NCBI GenBank assembly: GCA_050013535.1
Contig: JBEKFB010000001.1
Coordinates: forward strand, 1 to 59,588
Source: Bryobacteraceae bacterium
GTDB lineage: Bacteria > Acidobacteriota > Terriglobia > Bryobacterales > Bryobacteraceae
Direction of reading: 5' to 3'
DNA: 59,588 nucleotides
Part shown: in pieces, positions 8,754 to 17,412 of the stretch
Layout of the letters: each line of letters starts with the position of its first letter
How positions within the stretch are numbered: position 1 is the first letter of the stretch
Made by a program: the position numbers and the translations under genes
Notes under the pieces: generated by a model
The model's database searches: none
Told to the model about the DNA's origin: nothing
Seen by the model: only the letters and a program-made list of their open reading frames with translations

Positions 8754-10451
8754 TCATTTCGCGTCTTCCTCGAGCCAGCCGCGCAGAACGCTGGCCGCCA
8801 GCCCGGCGTCGGTCTTTACGCTGTCCTTGAGATGCTGGCGCAGCACCTCCACCTTCTTGGTGGTCACCGGAGGCAGGCGCAGCTTTTCCTGCATCTCCGC
8901 GAGGAACCTCTGTTTCTGGTCCGTCTGCGACTTGAGCTGCAACTGGACGGATTCCTCGGCGGCCTTGCTGATCTGGTCGCGTTCCGCCGCGAGTTCCTCG
9001 GGCGTCACCAGGCCCGCGGAAGGAGCTGCGATGGCGTGTTCTGCGGCAACCTCCACAGCTTTTTTCGGACCGCCTCTGCGGAACAACAACACCGGCACTA
9101 GTATAAGGAGCAAAACCGCGACTGCGGCGCCAATGAGTATCCGGCGATCGATGGCAATTGTATCCATCAAGGTTTTGGGCTTGCCGGACATGGGCTCGGC
9201 TGTCAGCGGCTGCTCCGATTCCAGCGTTTGCTCGAAGGGCAGGCTCTCGATCACCAGTTGATCGCCGCGATCGGCCGACAAGCCGATCGCTCCCGCCACC
9301 AGATCGTGGATGGCCTTCAGTTTTTCCGGAGTGGGCGGCACCATCACCTTGGATTTGCCTTGCCAGCGCACGTCCTGATCGAGCAACAACGATGCCGAAA
9401 TACGCTTGACAGTGCCCTCGGGAAGCCTGGTATGGCGAACCATCCGTGAGGACTGATACGTAACGCTCTCAGTTCGCCGCGCGACGCTGGATCCGGAGGA
9501 CCCGGGCCGCGACGCCGGACGCGGAAGATTCGAAGCCGTGCCGGGAATGCCGTTGCTCTGCCCGCCACCCGCAACATCCTCGGTCTTTTGAGAGCTGAGC
9601 ATCACCGAGTGCGTCGGATCGAAAATCTCATCGCTTTGCTCGCCGCTGGTGAAATCGCAATCCACCGAAACACCCGCGCGGAACTTCCCTTCTCCCAGCA
9701 GCGGTTCGAGCGTGGAGTTCATCTTGGCAAGCAGATCTTTTTCGACCTGCTGGCGGTATTCCAGAGCGCCTTCGGAGTTGTCGCCGCCGCCATCGACGGA
9801 AGGCTTGTGCGGACGGTTGAGCAGGTTGCCGCTCATGTCCAGCACGGAGACGGCATCCGGTGTGAGCCCCTCGACAGCGCTGGCCACAAGATTGGTGACG
9901 GCTTGCACATTCTGCGGGCTCAGATGCGCGCCCAAACGAAGATGCACCAGGACACTCGCCTTGGCGGGCTCGCGGGATTCGAGAAACACCGAGTCACGCG
10001 GGAATGTTACGTGGACGCGGGCATCCTGCACTTCGTTCAGAGACCGGATAGACCGCTCCAGTTCTCCCTCGAGAGCTCGCCGGTAGTTGACGTGTTCGGT
10101 GAAATCGGTGATGCCGAGGTTGCTCTTGTCAAATAGCTCAAAACCGATACGCCCCGTCTTCGGCAGACCAGCTCCAGCCATTTCGAGCCGCAGCTCATCC
10201 AGACGCGCCTCGGGAACCAGCACGGTTGCGCCGTTGTCACTCAGGCGATATTCGGCGCTCGATTCCTTTAGCTTTTGAACGATGTTCGACGCGTCCTCGG
10301 GAGCCATGCCGGTGAACAACGGCCGGAAATCGCTCTCGTGCTTCCAGTGCACTAACGCAGTGATGAGCGCTACCGCGGCGATGGCCGCGATCACGATGGT
10401 AACGCGCTGTTTAAGGTTGAGCGCCGTTACGAGCTTTCTGAATTGCTCCAT
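8754..10451 (-). CDS. fliF: flagellar M-ring protein FliF
   Basis: 565 aa with an N-terminal TM helix, a YscJ/FliF ring domain (LFDKSNLGITDF...) and a second TM helix near the C-terminus. Confidence 0.95.
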   Translation of the reverse strand: MEQFRKLVTALNLKQRVTIVIAAIAAVALITALVHWKHESDFRPLFTGMAPEDASNIVQKLKESSAEYRLSDNGATVLVPEARLDELRLEMAGAGLPKTGRIGFELFDKSNLGITDFTEHVNYRRALEGELERSIRSLNEVQDARVHVTFPRDSVFLESREPAKASVLVHLRLGAHLSPQNVQAVTNLVASAVEGLTPDAVSVLDMSGNLLNRPHKPSVDGGGDNSEGALEYRQQVEKDLLAKMNSTLEPLLGEGKFRAGVSVDCDFTSGEQSDEIFDPTHSVMLSSQKTEDVAGGGQSNGIPGTASNLPRPASRPGSSGSSVARRTESVTYQSSRMVRHTRLPEGTVKRISASLLLDQDVRWQGKSKVMVPPTPEKLKAIHDLVAGAIGLSADRGDQLVIESLPFEQTLESEQPLTAEPMSGKPKTLMDTIAIDRRILIGAAVAVLLLILVPVLLFRRGGPKKAVEVAAEHAIAAPSAGLVTPEELAAERDQISKAAEESVQLQLKSQTDQKQRFLAEMQEKLRLPPVTTKKVEVLRQHLKDSVKTDAGLAASVLRGWLEEDAK

Positions 10452-10467
10452 GGCTGTGCGTCAGAGG

Positions 10468-10767
10468 TCAGACCTGCATGCGCATGATTTCCTGATATGC
10501 CGAGACAACTTTGTTGCGAATCTGCATGAACATGTCGAATTGCAGGTCGGCGCGCTGCGTGGCCAGAATAGTGGAGTGAATCTCGTCAGTTTCACCGGAG
10601 AGGAAACTCTGCACCGCGGCGTCGGCATTGTTTTGCGCCGACGACACGTTCTGGATGGCGGAATTCAGAAGCGACTGAAACTCGCCGCCGTTCTGCTGCG
10701 ACGTGACAGAATCGACCTTGGGCGCCTGGATGGCGGGCGTGGCGGAGACTGCCGCGATAGGAGTCAT
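10468..10767 (-). CDS. fliE: flagellar hook-basal body complex protein FliE
   Basis: 99 aa. C-terminus ...LQFDMFMQIRNKVVSAYQEIMRMQV is canonical FliE. Confidence 0.9.
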   Translation of the reverse strand: MTPIAAVSATPAIQAPKVDSVTSQQNGGEFQSLLNSAIQNVSSAQNNADAAVQSFLSGETDEIHSTILATQRADLQFDMFMQIRNKVVSAYQEIMRMQV

Positions 10768-10771
10768 ATTC

Positions 10772-11209
10772 TCACCTGAGCAGGTCGATGGACCTCTGGA
10801 TCATGTCCTTGACGGCGCCCATGGCCGCCACATTGGCCTCATAACCACGCGATGCGCCGAGCAAATCCACCATGTCCTCGGCCGGATTCACATTTGGATA
10901 GGCGACGAATCCATCCTTGTCCGCGTCGGGATGTCCCGGCATGTAGCGCCGCTCGGGCGGCCGGCTGTCGGTAACCACCTGGCCCACCGTTACGCCGTTG
11001 GCTTCTCCTTCGAGCGCCGATTGAAACACCGAGGAAAACGGAGACGAGGTGGCCGATGACTCGAAAACCACATCCCGGCGCTGGTATGGGCCTCCCTCGG
11101 CCGTGCGCGTTGTATCCGCGTTGGCGAGGTTCTCGACCAGGATTTCTGCGCGCTGCCGCTGCGCGGCCATCCCGGATGCGCTCACTGAAAGGGTGGAAAA
11201 GAGACTCAT
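10772..11209 (-). CDS. flgC: flagellar basal-body rod protein FlgC
   Basis: N-terminus ...SASGMAAQRQRAEILVENLANADTTRT and a FlgC-like C-terminus. 4-nt overlap with flgB. Confidence 0.95.
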   Translation of the reverse strand: MSLFSTLSVSASGMAAQRQRAEILVENLANADTTRTAEGGPYQRRDVVFESSATSSPFSSVFQSALEGEANGVTVGQVVTDSRPPERRYMPGHPDADKDGFVAYPNVNPAEDMVDLLGASRGYEANVAAMGAVKDMIQRSIDLLR

Positions 11210-11562
11210 GAGGACGATGAGCCTCCACCGTCGATGGCCATGCGCAGTGTCTTGATCTGCCCGCGCATCAGGTTCGACGCAATGTTGAAGCGAAGATCGT
11301 TTTCCGCGAGCAGGCGCGCTTCGCGGTCCAGGCTCACATTGTTGCCGTCGTTCTTGACGGTGAGCCCTTCCACCTCGGTAATGTTGGGGGTGACCGTGGT
11401 CGCCCCTCCTTCGAGCGCGTTGCGGAACTCCGCCTGAAAATCGATGTCCTTGGTTTTGTAACCGGGTGTATCGGCGTTAGCGATGTTTGCGGCCACGAGT
11501 TTCTGACGGTCCGCGAGAAGCGTCATATAGTTTTCCAGGCTGCCAGCGACGCCATCGAGCAT
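11206..11562 (-). CDS. flgB: flagellar basal-body rod protein FlgB
   Basis: LVAANIANADTPGYKTKDIDF motif. First gene of the flgBC-fliEFGHIJ block. Confidence 0.9.
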   Translation of the reverse strand: MLDGVAGSLENYMTLLADRQKLVAANIANADTPGYKTKDIDFQAEFRNALEGGATTVTPNITEVEGLTVKNDGNNVSLDREARLLAENDLRFNIASNLMRGQIKTLRMAIDGGGSSSS

Positions 11563-11577
11563 GACAATCTGCCACGG

Positions 11578-11593
11578 TGCAAAGCGGCTGCCA
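11578..11593 (-). promoter_or_regulatory. candidate sigma-54 promoter (TGGCAGCCGCTTTGCA) for the flgB operon
   Basis: Minus-strand read matches TGGCA-N6-TTGCA with exact GG-N10-GC spacing. The -12 element ends 15 nt before the flgB ATG. Confidence 0.5.
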
Positions 11594-11614
11594 GCACAAA
11601 CCGTTGCAAACAGG

Positions 11615-11628
11615 CGCGTTCGAACGCG
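11615..11628. promoter_or_regulatory. perfect 14-bp palindrome CGCGTTCGAACGCG upstream of the flgB promoter
   Basis: Self-complementary over all 14 nt, centred about 30 nt upstream of the -24 element. Candidate regulator site. Confidence 0.3.
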
Positions 11629-11769
11629 AGATTCGTCAACATTCGGACAGCAGGGCTGGACTGCGCCAGGGTAATGACAGGGGCTTGAAGGCGGTAGGCA
11701 TTGCCAGGTCTCAGCCGCCTAAAGCTTAAGCCTTATCCCGTCGATCCATTGACTTAGCGGAATCCTGCC

Positions 11770-12792
11770 ATGAAGACCAACGCGCTCGCGAACATGCCAG
11801 CTTTCCCTCCCGTTGCGGCGAAGCTGCTGCGGGTAGCGGCGGACGAGAACGCGGCAGTCGCCGATCTCGTGTACCTGCTGCGCGCCGACCCGGTTCTTTC
11901 GGCCGAGATTATCCGTTACGTCAATTCGCCGATGTTCGCCTTCTCACACGAAATCCGCACCTTGGATCAGGCGGCGCCGCTCTTGGGAGTTCGTAAGATC
12001 CGCTCCCTGGCGCTCGCTTCCATTGGCCGGACCTACATCCGCGCGGTTCTCATGATGGACGAATTGCGCGGCCTCTGGCGGTGCACGCTCGCCTGCGCGC
12101 TTTTATCGGAAATGCTGGCGCGCTTCTACGCCGTGCCCGAGGACATCGCATACTCCGCTGGTCTACTGCACGATATCGGCCGGCTGGGCCTGATGGTCAC
12201 GTTTCCTTCCGAATACGCCAGCCTGCTGCAGAGCGCCGCCGCGAAACTGGAAGCGAACGAGCCATTCGATCTTTGTGAGTACGAGGTCAGCCTGTTCGGT
12301 TTGGACCGGTTCGCGGCCGGCGAGTGGCTGGCCAAAGAATGGAACCTGCCTGAGGAAATCAGCGCGGTCACCGGAAAGTTCCCGGAACCGAAAGACGAGA
12401 GCGATCTGGACTTGCCGGGCGTTGTGCGGATAGCGTGCCAACTGGCTCGCAGCATCGGGTTCTCGGTGTTAAAGAATCCGCACGCCCCTTCTTACCGCGA
12501 GATCCTGGATGAGTTGCCCCTGAACGTCGCCGCTTCGTTCCCTTCCGAAGCCGAAGACCTGCGCGCGCGGCTTGAAGAGGAGATCGCGACTCTCGATCAG
12601 GACCCGTCCCAGGAGGAACGCGGGCCGCAGATGCAGGAGTTGCTCGAAATCGACCAAAGCCCGGCCCAGGCGGCTAGCTCCGGAGGCGATTTCGGGGAAA
12701 GGGTGGGGGCAAAGCGCGGACTTTGGCCACTGGCGTTCGCTGGGGTGCTGCTGCTGTTAGTCGTGCTGGTTTGGATTCGGGTAGCGGGCTGA
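11770..12792 (+). CDS. HDOD domain protein with C-terminal transmembrane anchor
   Basis: LPAFPPVAAKLL...DPVLSAEIIRYVNSPMF...LLGVRKIRSLAL...LLHDIGRLGL is the HDOD signature. C-terminus LWPLAFAGVLLLLVVLVWI is hydrophobic. Confidence 0.85.
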   Translation: MKTNALANMPAFPPVAAKLLRVAADENAAVADLVYLLRADPVLSAEIIRYVNSPMFAFSHEIRTLDQAAPLLGVRKIRSLALASIGRTYIRAVLMMDELRGLWRCTLACALLSEMLARFYAVPEDIAYSAGLLHDIGRLGLMVTFPSEYASLLQSAAAKLEANEPFDLCEYEVSLFGLDRFAAGEWLAKEWNLPEEISAVTGKFPEPKDESDLDLPGVVRIACQLARSIGFSVLKNPHAPSYREILDELPLNVAASFPSEAEDLRARLEEEIATLDQDPSQEERGPQMQELLEIDQSPAQAASSGGDFGERVGAKRGLWPLAFAGVLLLLVVLVWIRVAG

Positions 12793-12856
12793 TGCCCACT
12801 TGCTCTCGAGCCGCGGCGTTTACGGAGGAGCTTCAGCGAAACGTTCCGAGTAATTA

Positions 12857-13165
12857 CTAGACTTCCACACGCCACGTGCGTGTCTGCGTGGGAGCCTCCT
12901 GGTAGCCCAGAGTGCGATTGGCCTCGCGAAGACTGGCTCCCGCGTGCGCACGCAGAGAGCGGGCCAGATGAAGCATGGATCGTGTTGCCCGGAGCGCCTC
13001 GGTCAGCAGAACTTCCCGCTCCAGTGGCGAGCCCGCCGCCGCGACGCTGGTGACCACTTCGCTCTGAAAAGCGGCGAGAAGCCCCTGCGCTCCCTCCACA
13101 TCGCCGGAGGCGATCGCCTCGGCTAGCTTCTGCGCGGTCTTAGTATCCGAGCTGGGCATCGGCAT
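12857..13165 (-). CDS. hypothetical helical protein downstream of fliD (positional FliT-like candidate)
   Basis: 102 aa and Ala/Leu-rich. The start overlaps the fliD 3' end by 26 nt. No motif recognised. Confidence 0.45.
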   Translation of the reverse strand: MPMPSSDTKTAQKLAEAIASGDVEGAQGLLAAFQSEVVTSVAAAGSPLEREVLLTEALRATRSMLHLARSLRAHAGASLREANRTLGYQEAPTQTRTWRVEV

Positions 13166-14510
13166 TCTGCGTCTGGAACATCATCTGAAAGTAGTTGGCC
13201 TGCTGCTCGAGTGAGGCAATGGAGGCATCGGCTGCGGAGAGTTGCGCCTGTAATGTCTGCTGCAACTGGGTGACCTGACTCTGGTCGTTGGTAATCTGAG
13301 TTCCGATGTTGTTTATCTCGGTCGATATACTCTGTGTCGCCTGCGGAAGCAGGCCGCTGAGGGGATCGGTAATGCCGGTGAGGATGTTGTTGGCCGCGCC
13401 CAGAAAACCGGTACTGCCGGATATCGATCCGAGGAAATTCAGAACATCCGTCATATTCGAGCCGGCGGCCTGGTCGAACGTGGACGCGTTGAAATCCAGA
13501 TTGCCGTTCTGATCGAAGGTGAGCCCGACATTTGCCAGCGAGGCGACGCTGCCCGTGGACCCCGAGTAGCCACCAAGACTATTCAGGGCTTCGGTGAGGC
13601 TGAAAATGCTGCCATCGCCCGTGAGGGCGCCACCGTTCTGGCCGCGGTTCTTGTCCACTTCCGCCAGCGCGGCATTGTAAGCGTTGGCAAAGTTCGACAG
13701 CGCGTTGGCGATACTGTCGCCATTTTGCGAAACCGTAATCGTAGTGTCGCCGGTTCCCAGCACGTTCACGGTCAACCCGGGTGAGAGCGTCAGACTTTGC
13801 GACGAGGAATTCACCGACGGCTCCCCATTCACCGAATACGCCACGTAAGAACCACCGGTGCCCAACTGGGTCAGCATATCCGCGTTGCTGTTTCCGTTGT
13901 CTTCCAGTTGCACCGTGTCGGGCGCGAAATCCAGACTCTGCACGGACAACCGGTAATCCGGCGACGACGAGCTGCCGACGTTCACCACCGTGGCCTGCAC
14001 ATTCGCGCCGCTGGAGTTGATGGCGTTGGCGAGACCGTCCAGCGTGCCCGCGGAGTCGGTGATGTTGTAGGTGTTCGAGTTGACTGCCAGGGTGAACGAA
14101 GTGCTTGTGCTGAGATTGCTCTGCGTGGGGTCGGTAACCAGCAGGAGGCCGTTGTCATTGCTGAGGGTATTGGTGTTCGCGCCGGTGTTGGTTACGTCGA
14201 GGGAATAGGTGCCCGCCAAAACGCCCGAGCCCACGGAAGCCGAGGCTACTTTGGTATTGCTGATGGTGGCGCCGTAGGAACTGGAACCGGTAGCGCTGTC
14301 GATGGAACTCAGGGCCGTACTTAGCGCCGTGAAGTCGCTCGAGAGCGTACCGAATTCGCTCTGCTGGCCCTGCAACGTGGTTTGCTCGGTTTGCAGGTTG
14401 TCCATCGGTATGGACGCAATGTTCACCGAGTTCTGCAGTTGCTGCGCCAGGCTGGATGAAAAAAGGCTGCTGCCCGTGAAGCTGCCCGCCGATGTTCCGG
14501 AAGTGCTCAT
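13140..14510 (-). CDS. fliD: flagellar filament cap protein FliD
   Basis: Thr/Ser/Asn-rich, 456 aa. FliD-like N-terminus (IASIPMDNLQTEQTTLQGQQSEFGTL) and C-terminus (LEQQANYFQMMF...). Confidence 0.9.
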   Translation of the reverse strand: MSTSGTSAGSFTGSSLFSSSLAQQLQNSVNIASIPMDNLQTEQTTLQGQQSEFGTLSSDFTALSTALSSIDSATGSSSYGATISNTKVASASVGSGVLAGTYSLDVTNTGANTNTLSNDNGLLLVTDPTQSNLSTSTSFTLAVNSNTYNITDSAGTLDGLANAINSSGANVQATVVNVGSSSSPDYRLSVQSLDFAPDTVQLEDNGNSNADMLTQLGTGGSYVAYSVNGEPSVNSSSQSLTLSPGLTVNVLGTGDTTITVSQNGDSIANALSNFANAYNAALAEVDKNRGQNGGALTGDGSIFSLTEALNSLGGYSGSTGSVASLANVGLTFDQNGNLDFNASTFDQAAGSNMTDVLNFLGSISGSTGFLGAANNILTGITDPLSGLLPQATQSISTEINNIGTQITNDQSQVTQLQQTLQAQLSAADASIASLEQQANYFQMMFQTQNADAQLGY

Positions 14511-14517
14511 GTCTCAA

Positions 14518-14543
14518 CCCTCGAAACCCGACCCCTCGAAACC
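14518..14543 (-). repeat. 11-nt direct repeat GGTTTCGAGGG x2 in the fliD 5' leader
   Basis: Plus-strand CCCTCGAAACC occurs at 14518..14528 and 14533..14543. The proximal copy supplies the GAGGG Shine-Dalgarno box 7 nt from the fliD ATG. Confidence 0.8.
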
Positions 14544-14565
14544 TCAATCTTCGTTACGAGAAATC

Positions 14566-14598
14566 GCGGCCGGGACCTTCGTTGAAGATGCCGGCCGC
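14566..14598 (-). terminator. candidate intrinsic terminator after fliC
   Basis: Stem GCGGCCGG/CCGGCCGC (8 bp) with inner CTTC/GAAG pairing, followed by GAUUUCU. The U-tract is weak. Confidence 0.4.
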
Positions 14599-14650
14599 GT
14601 TCTTATACGCCTCTTAGAAGATCGGCCGCATGGGCCGAATCCTATAGGGG

Positions 14651-16222
14651 TTACTGGAGCAGCTTCAGGATCGCTTCGGGCGAGGAGTTCGCCTGGGCCA
14701 TGGCGGCGATGGAAGCCTGCTGCAGCACCTGCGCCTTGGTGAGGTTAGCGGCTTCCGCAGCGACATTGGCATCCTTGATCTGGCTCTCCGCGGCCGAAAA
14801 ATTCGTGACCTGCGACTGCGCCAGAGAGATTGCGTAGTTCAGCGTGTTCTCACCAGATCCGACGGCGCCCTGGACCAGACCGAGCGCGGTAACTGCGGCG
14901 TTGATAGCCGTGATCGCGGTCTCGGCGTTGCCGATCGCACTCGAATCGGTGGAAGGAGCCGTCACGGTTTCGGCCTGAGCCGTCGTGCCGAACAAAGACG
15001 TGGTGACACCGGTGGTGTTGGCGGTTTCCGCGAGGCTGAACGCAGTGGCGCTTTGCAGCGTGATGTGCGAGCCGGCCGCAGTGCCGTCGGCGGTGGCATA
15101 AATGCCGCTGCCCTTTAACTGCTCGTTCAACGAGGCAACGGCGTCGGCCACGGTGTCGCCGGCATTCGTGCCGGAAGTTGCGCCGCTCAGCGAGAGAGCA
15201 TAGTTCGTGCCGCCTACTGTGAGGTTGAAGGTTTGCGAGTCCGTGGCGACGGCGATTCCCGTAAAGGTGCTGGTGGCCTGATAGTTCGCGCCGTTCAGCA
15301 GCGTTGCGCCGCTGGTGACGGCAAGGTCCGTTGGAGCAGTGCCGGAGGTGCCGGCTGCAACCGACAGCAGATTGCCGCCGCTGAACTGCAGATCGCCGTT
15401 TGCTCCGATCTGCGCCGTAATACCGGTGATTCCGGCGTTGGTAAGGGCCGTGTTGACGGAGGTCACAAACTGTGAACCAGTGACACCGGTCGCGGTCGCC
15501 GGGACGCTGATGGTGGACGTGGCCACGGTGCCCGCCGCGGTAGCGTATGTCACCGCGAATGTTTCATCGCCGGCATTGGTGCCCGTGCCCACGGCGATGT
15601 TGAACAGCGCGTTGGCGTTGCTCAGATTGGTGACGACGTTGGTGGCGTTGAAGGAGGTGCCGCCGCCGATCACTGTGGTTCCCTGCAGACCGAGCGAAGT
15701 GGCGTCGACTGCGTTCGCCGATCCGCTCAGGTCGATCTTCACGATGCCCGTGCCGGCCACGTTGCTGGTACGGTTGCCGCCAATGTACACACTCAGCTGC
15801 GTGTTCAGATTGCCGCCGGCATTGAGCTGGATGTTGTCCGCCTGGCGGGTGACTTCCGACACCAGCGACTGATATTCCAGGTTCAGGGTACCGCGGTCAC
15901 CGGTGAAGGTGCTGGTGGCCGATTCCGTGGCCAGCGTCTTCAACTGGTTCAGAATGGTGGAAATATTGCCCAAACCACCATCGACGATCTGCAACTGGCT
16001 CAGTCCGTCGTTGGCGTTGCGCACGCCCTGCTGCGCCTCGGCAATGTCGCTGCTGTACTGATTCGCTACGGCGAGACCCGCCGGGTCATCCGCGCTGCTG
16101 TTGATGCGGTAGCCGGATGACAATTGCAGAATCGTGTTGTTCTGAAATGCATCGTTAACGTTCAGATCCTGCTGCGCCAGCAGCGAGGTCACGTTCGTTT
16201 GAAGCGAAATAAAGCTGCCCAT
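14651..16222 (-). CDS. fliC: flagellin
   Basis: N-terminus ...LQLSSGYRINSSADDPAGLAVANQ...GVRNANDG and C-terminus ...ANLTKAQVLQQASIAAMAQANSSPEAILKLLQ. Long Thr/Ser/Ala/Gly-rich central domain; 523 aa. Confidence 0.95.
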   Translation of the reverse strand: MGSFISLQTNVTSLLAQQDLNVNDAFQNNTILQLSSGYRINSSADDPAGLAVANQYSSDIAEAQQGVRNANDGLSQLQIVDGGLGNISTILNQLKTLATESATSTFTGDRGTLNLEYQSLVSEVTRQADNIQLNAGGNLNTQLSVYIGGNRTSNVAGTGIVKIDLSGSANAVDATSLGLQGTTVIGGGTSFNATNVVTNLSNANALFNIAVGTGTNAGDETFAVTYATAAGTVATSTISVPATATGVTGSQFVTSVNTALTNAGITGITAQIGANGDLQFSGGNLLSVAAGTSGTAPTDLAVTSGATLLNGANYQATSTFTGIAVATDSQTFNLTVGGTNYALSLSGATSGTNAGDTVADAVASLNEQLKGSGIYATADGTAAGSHITLQSATAFSLAETANTTGVTTSLFGTTAQAETVTAPSTDSSAIGNAETAITAINAAVTALGLVQGAVGSGENTLNYAISLAQSQVTNFSAAESQIKDANVAAEAANLTKAQVLQQASIAAMAQANSSPEAILKLLQ

Positions 16223-16250
16223 GTGTCGTCTACGTCCCTATATTGAGATA

Positions 16251-16268
16251 CCCGGCGTCCCTGCCGGG
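16251..16268 (-). promoter_or_regulatory. candidate CsrA-binding hairpin in the fliC 5' leader
   Basis: Minus-strand CCCGGC-AGGGAC-GCCGGG: a 6-bp stem presenting GGA in a 6-nt loop. A second AGGGACG (16239..16233) overlaps the Shine-Dalgarno region 10 nt from the ATG. Confidence 0.4.
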
Positions 16269-16300
16269 CGCGGCCGTTTGTTCTATTTGACCGTCATAGT

Positions 16301-16329
16301 TATTTCGCGCCGCGCCAGCGGGATTCTAG
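16301..16329 (-). promoter_or_regulatory. weak candidate sigma-28 promoter for fliC (CTAGAA-N15-GCGAAATA)
   Basis: Resembles the two better local sigma-28 sites (flgM, fliS) but has mismatches in both boxes. Would give a leader of about 75 nt containing the GGA hairpin. Confidence 0.35.
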
Positions 16330-16422
16330 TTTTTTTCAACCTGGGGTGTGTTGACGGGGCGGATTTGAAACTACTGCGGCGCGGGTACCAGTCCACCGAT
16401 GCGGGCCCCTTCGGACCGCTGG

Positions 16423-17412
16423 TTATCTCCCTTGTGGCTGGGAGTTCCTGCGCCGGCGTTCTTCGGCTATGTGGTTCGGCTCGGCGGGAACGCGCTGGCT
16501 GGAAGGGTCGCGAAACCAGCGCCACAAGTTCAGGATGGTTTTCTGCAAGTGGCTGTAGGTTGGGGGATAACGCCGCAAAAAGAGCGGAAGGACCTGCACA
16601 TTAGCCTTTGAAAGCCACAGCCGGTGCCAACGCGCTCCCACCGCGCCATGCACGAATACCGTTCCATCGTAGCCGCAAAACAAATGATCGGGTGGATCGT
16701 CGCGCATCGCCTCCAGGGAATTATCCGGAATGCGAAAGAGGCTGTAATACCGGCGGTCCACAAACAGGAGGTTCAACCGGGTTGCGGCAATCAGTTCGTA
16801 ATCTTTTTCTTTGCCAAGGCGGACCAAAGCGGCGGGGCTGTTGCCCTGGTTGCAGCCGGCGTCGGCGGGCTGAACGAAATCCAGGCAGTTGGCCATCGTG
16901 GGGTTGTATTCGATCAGCACCAGCTTTGGGCGAAGGCGTGTGGTGGCCTGCCAGATGTGGTAATCGTTGCCGTCGACGTCGATCGACAGGAGGTCGGGAC
17001 TCTCGGGAACCGGATGTGGCGCGAGAAGCCGGTCCAGGTTGTTGTCGGCCGACCAGCCGACATAGGAATGAATAAAGACGGCGCGGTCCGCGTGCGGATA
17101 CGACGAACAAAGCTCTCGGTATTTGCGCTGGTCTCCTTCTATCAGCACGACGTTCGATCCATGGTGGTCCACCTGATTGAAGGTGTTGCTCATATACCGG
17201 CCGTCCCAGGCGCCAAACTCCACGCACCAGTGGCTCAGGTCAGGCAACAAGCTGAGCGCCTTCTCAACGATTCCGTCTTCGCCGGCTTGCGAGTTGACAT
17301 TGTGCGCGTGCGCGGAGAGCCAGCGGCTGGCGGCCTTCACGGCAGCCAGGGAAAATTCAGAATTGGCGCGCTCGTCGGAGACACGCATAGAGTGCAGTTC
17401 CTCGGCAATCAC
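16423..17412 (-). CDS. putative SAM-dependent methyltransferase (FkbM-like)
   Basis: QAGEDGIVEKA...CVEFGAWDGRYMSNT...LLSIDVDGNDYHIW...LVLIEYN pattern recalled from FkbM-type proteins. 4-nt overlap with the upstream methyltransferase gene. Confidence 0.55.
   Translation of the reverse strand: MIAEELHSMRVSDERANSEFSLAAVKAASRWLSAHAHNVNSQAGEDGIVEKALSLLPDLSHWCVEFGAWDGRYMSNTFNQVDHHGSNVVLIEGDQRKYRELCSSYPHADRAVFIHSYVGWSADNNLDRLLAPHPVPESPDLLSIDVDGNDYHIWQATTRLRPKLVLIEYNPTMANCLDFVQPADAGCNQGNSPAALVRLGKEKDYELIAATRLNLLFVDRRYYSLFRIPDNSLEAMRDDPPDHLFCGYDGTVFVHGAVGARWHRLWLSKANVQVLPLFLRRYPPTYSHLQKTILNLWRWFRDPSSQRVPAEPNHIAEERRRRNSQPQGR

Noticed and set aside
11741-11769. TTGACT hexamer upstream of the HDOD gene as a sigma-70 -35 box
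   Set aside because: No -10-like hexamer follows at 16-18 nt; that position falls on the start codon itself.
14557-14600. Sigma-28 promoter for fliD (TTCA-N15-GCGATTTC) overlapping the fliC terminator
   Set aside because: The -35 is poor, and the -10 shares only GCGA with the good local sites. The boxes lie inside the terminator stem. Read-through from fliC seems more likely.
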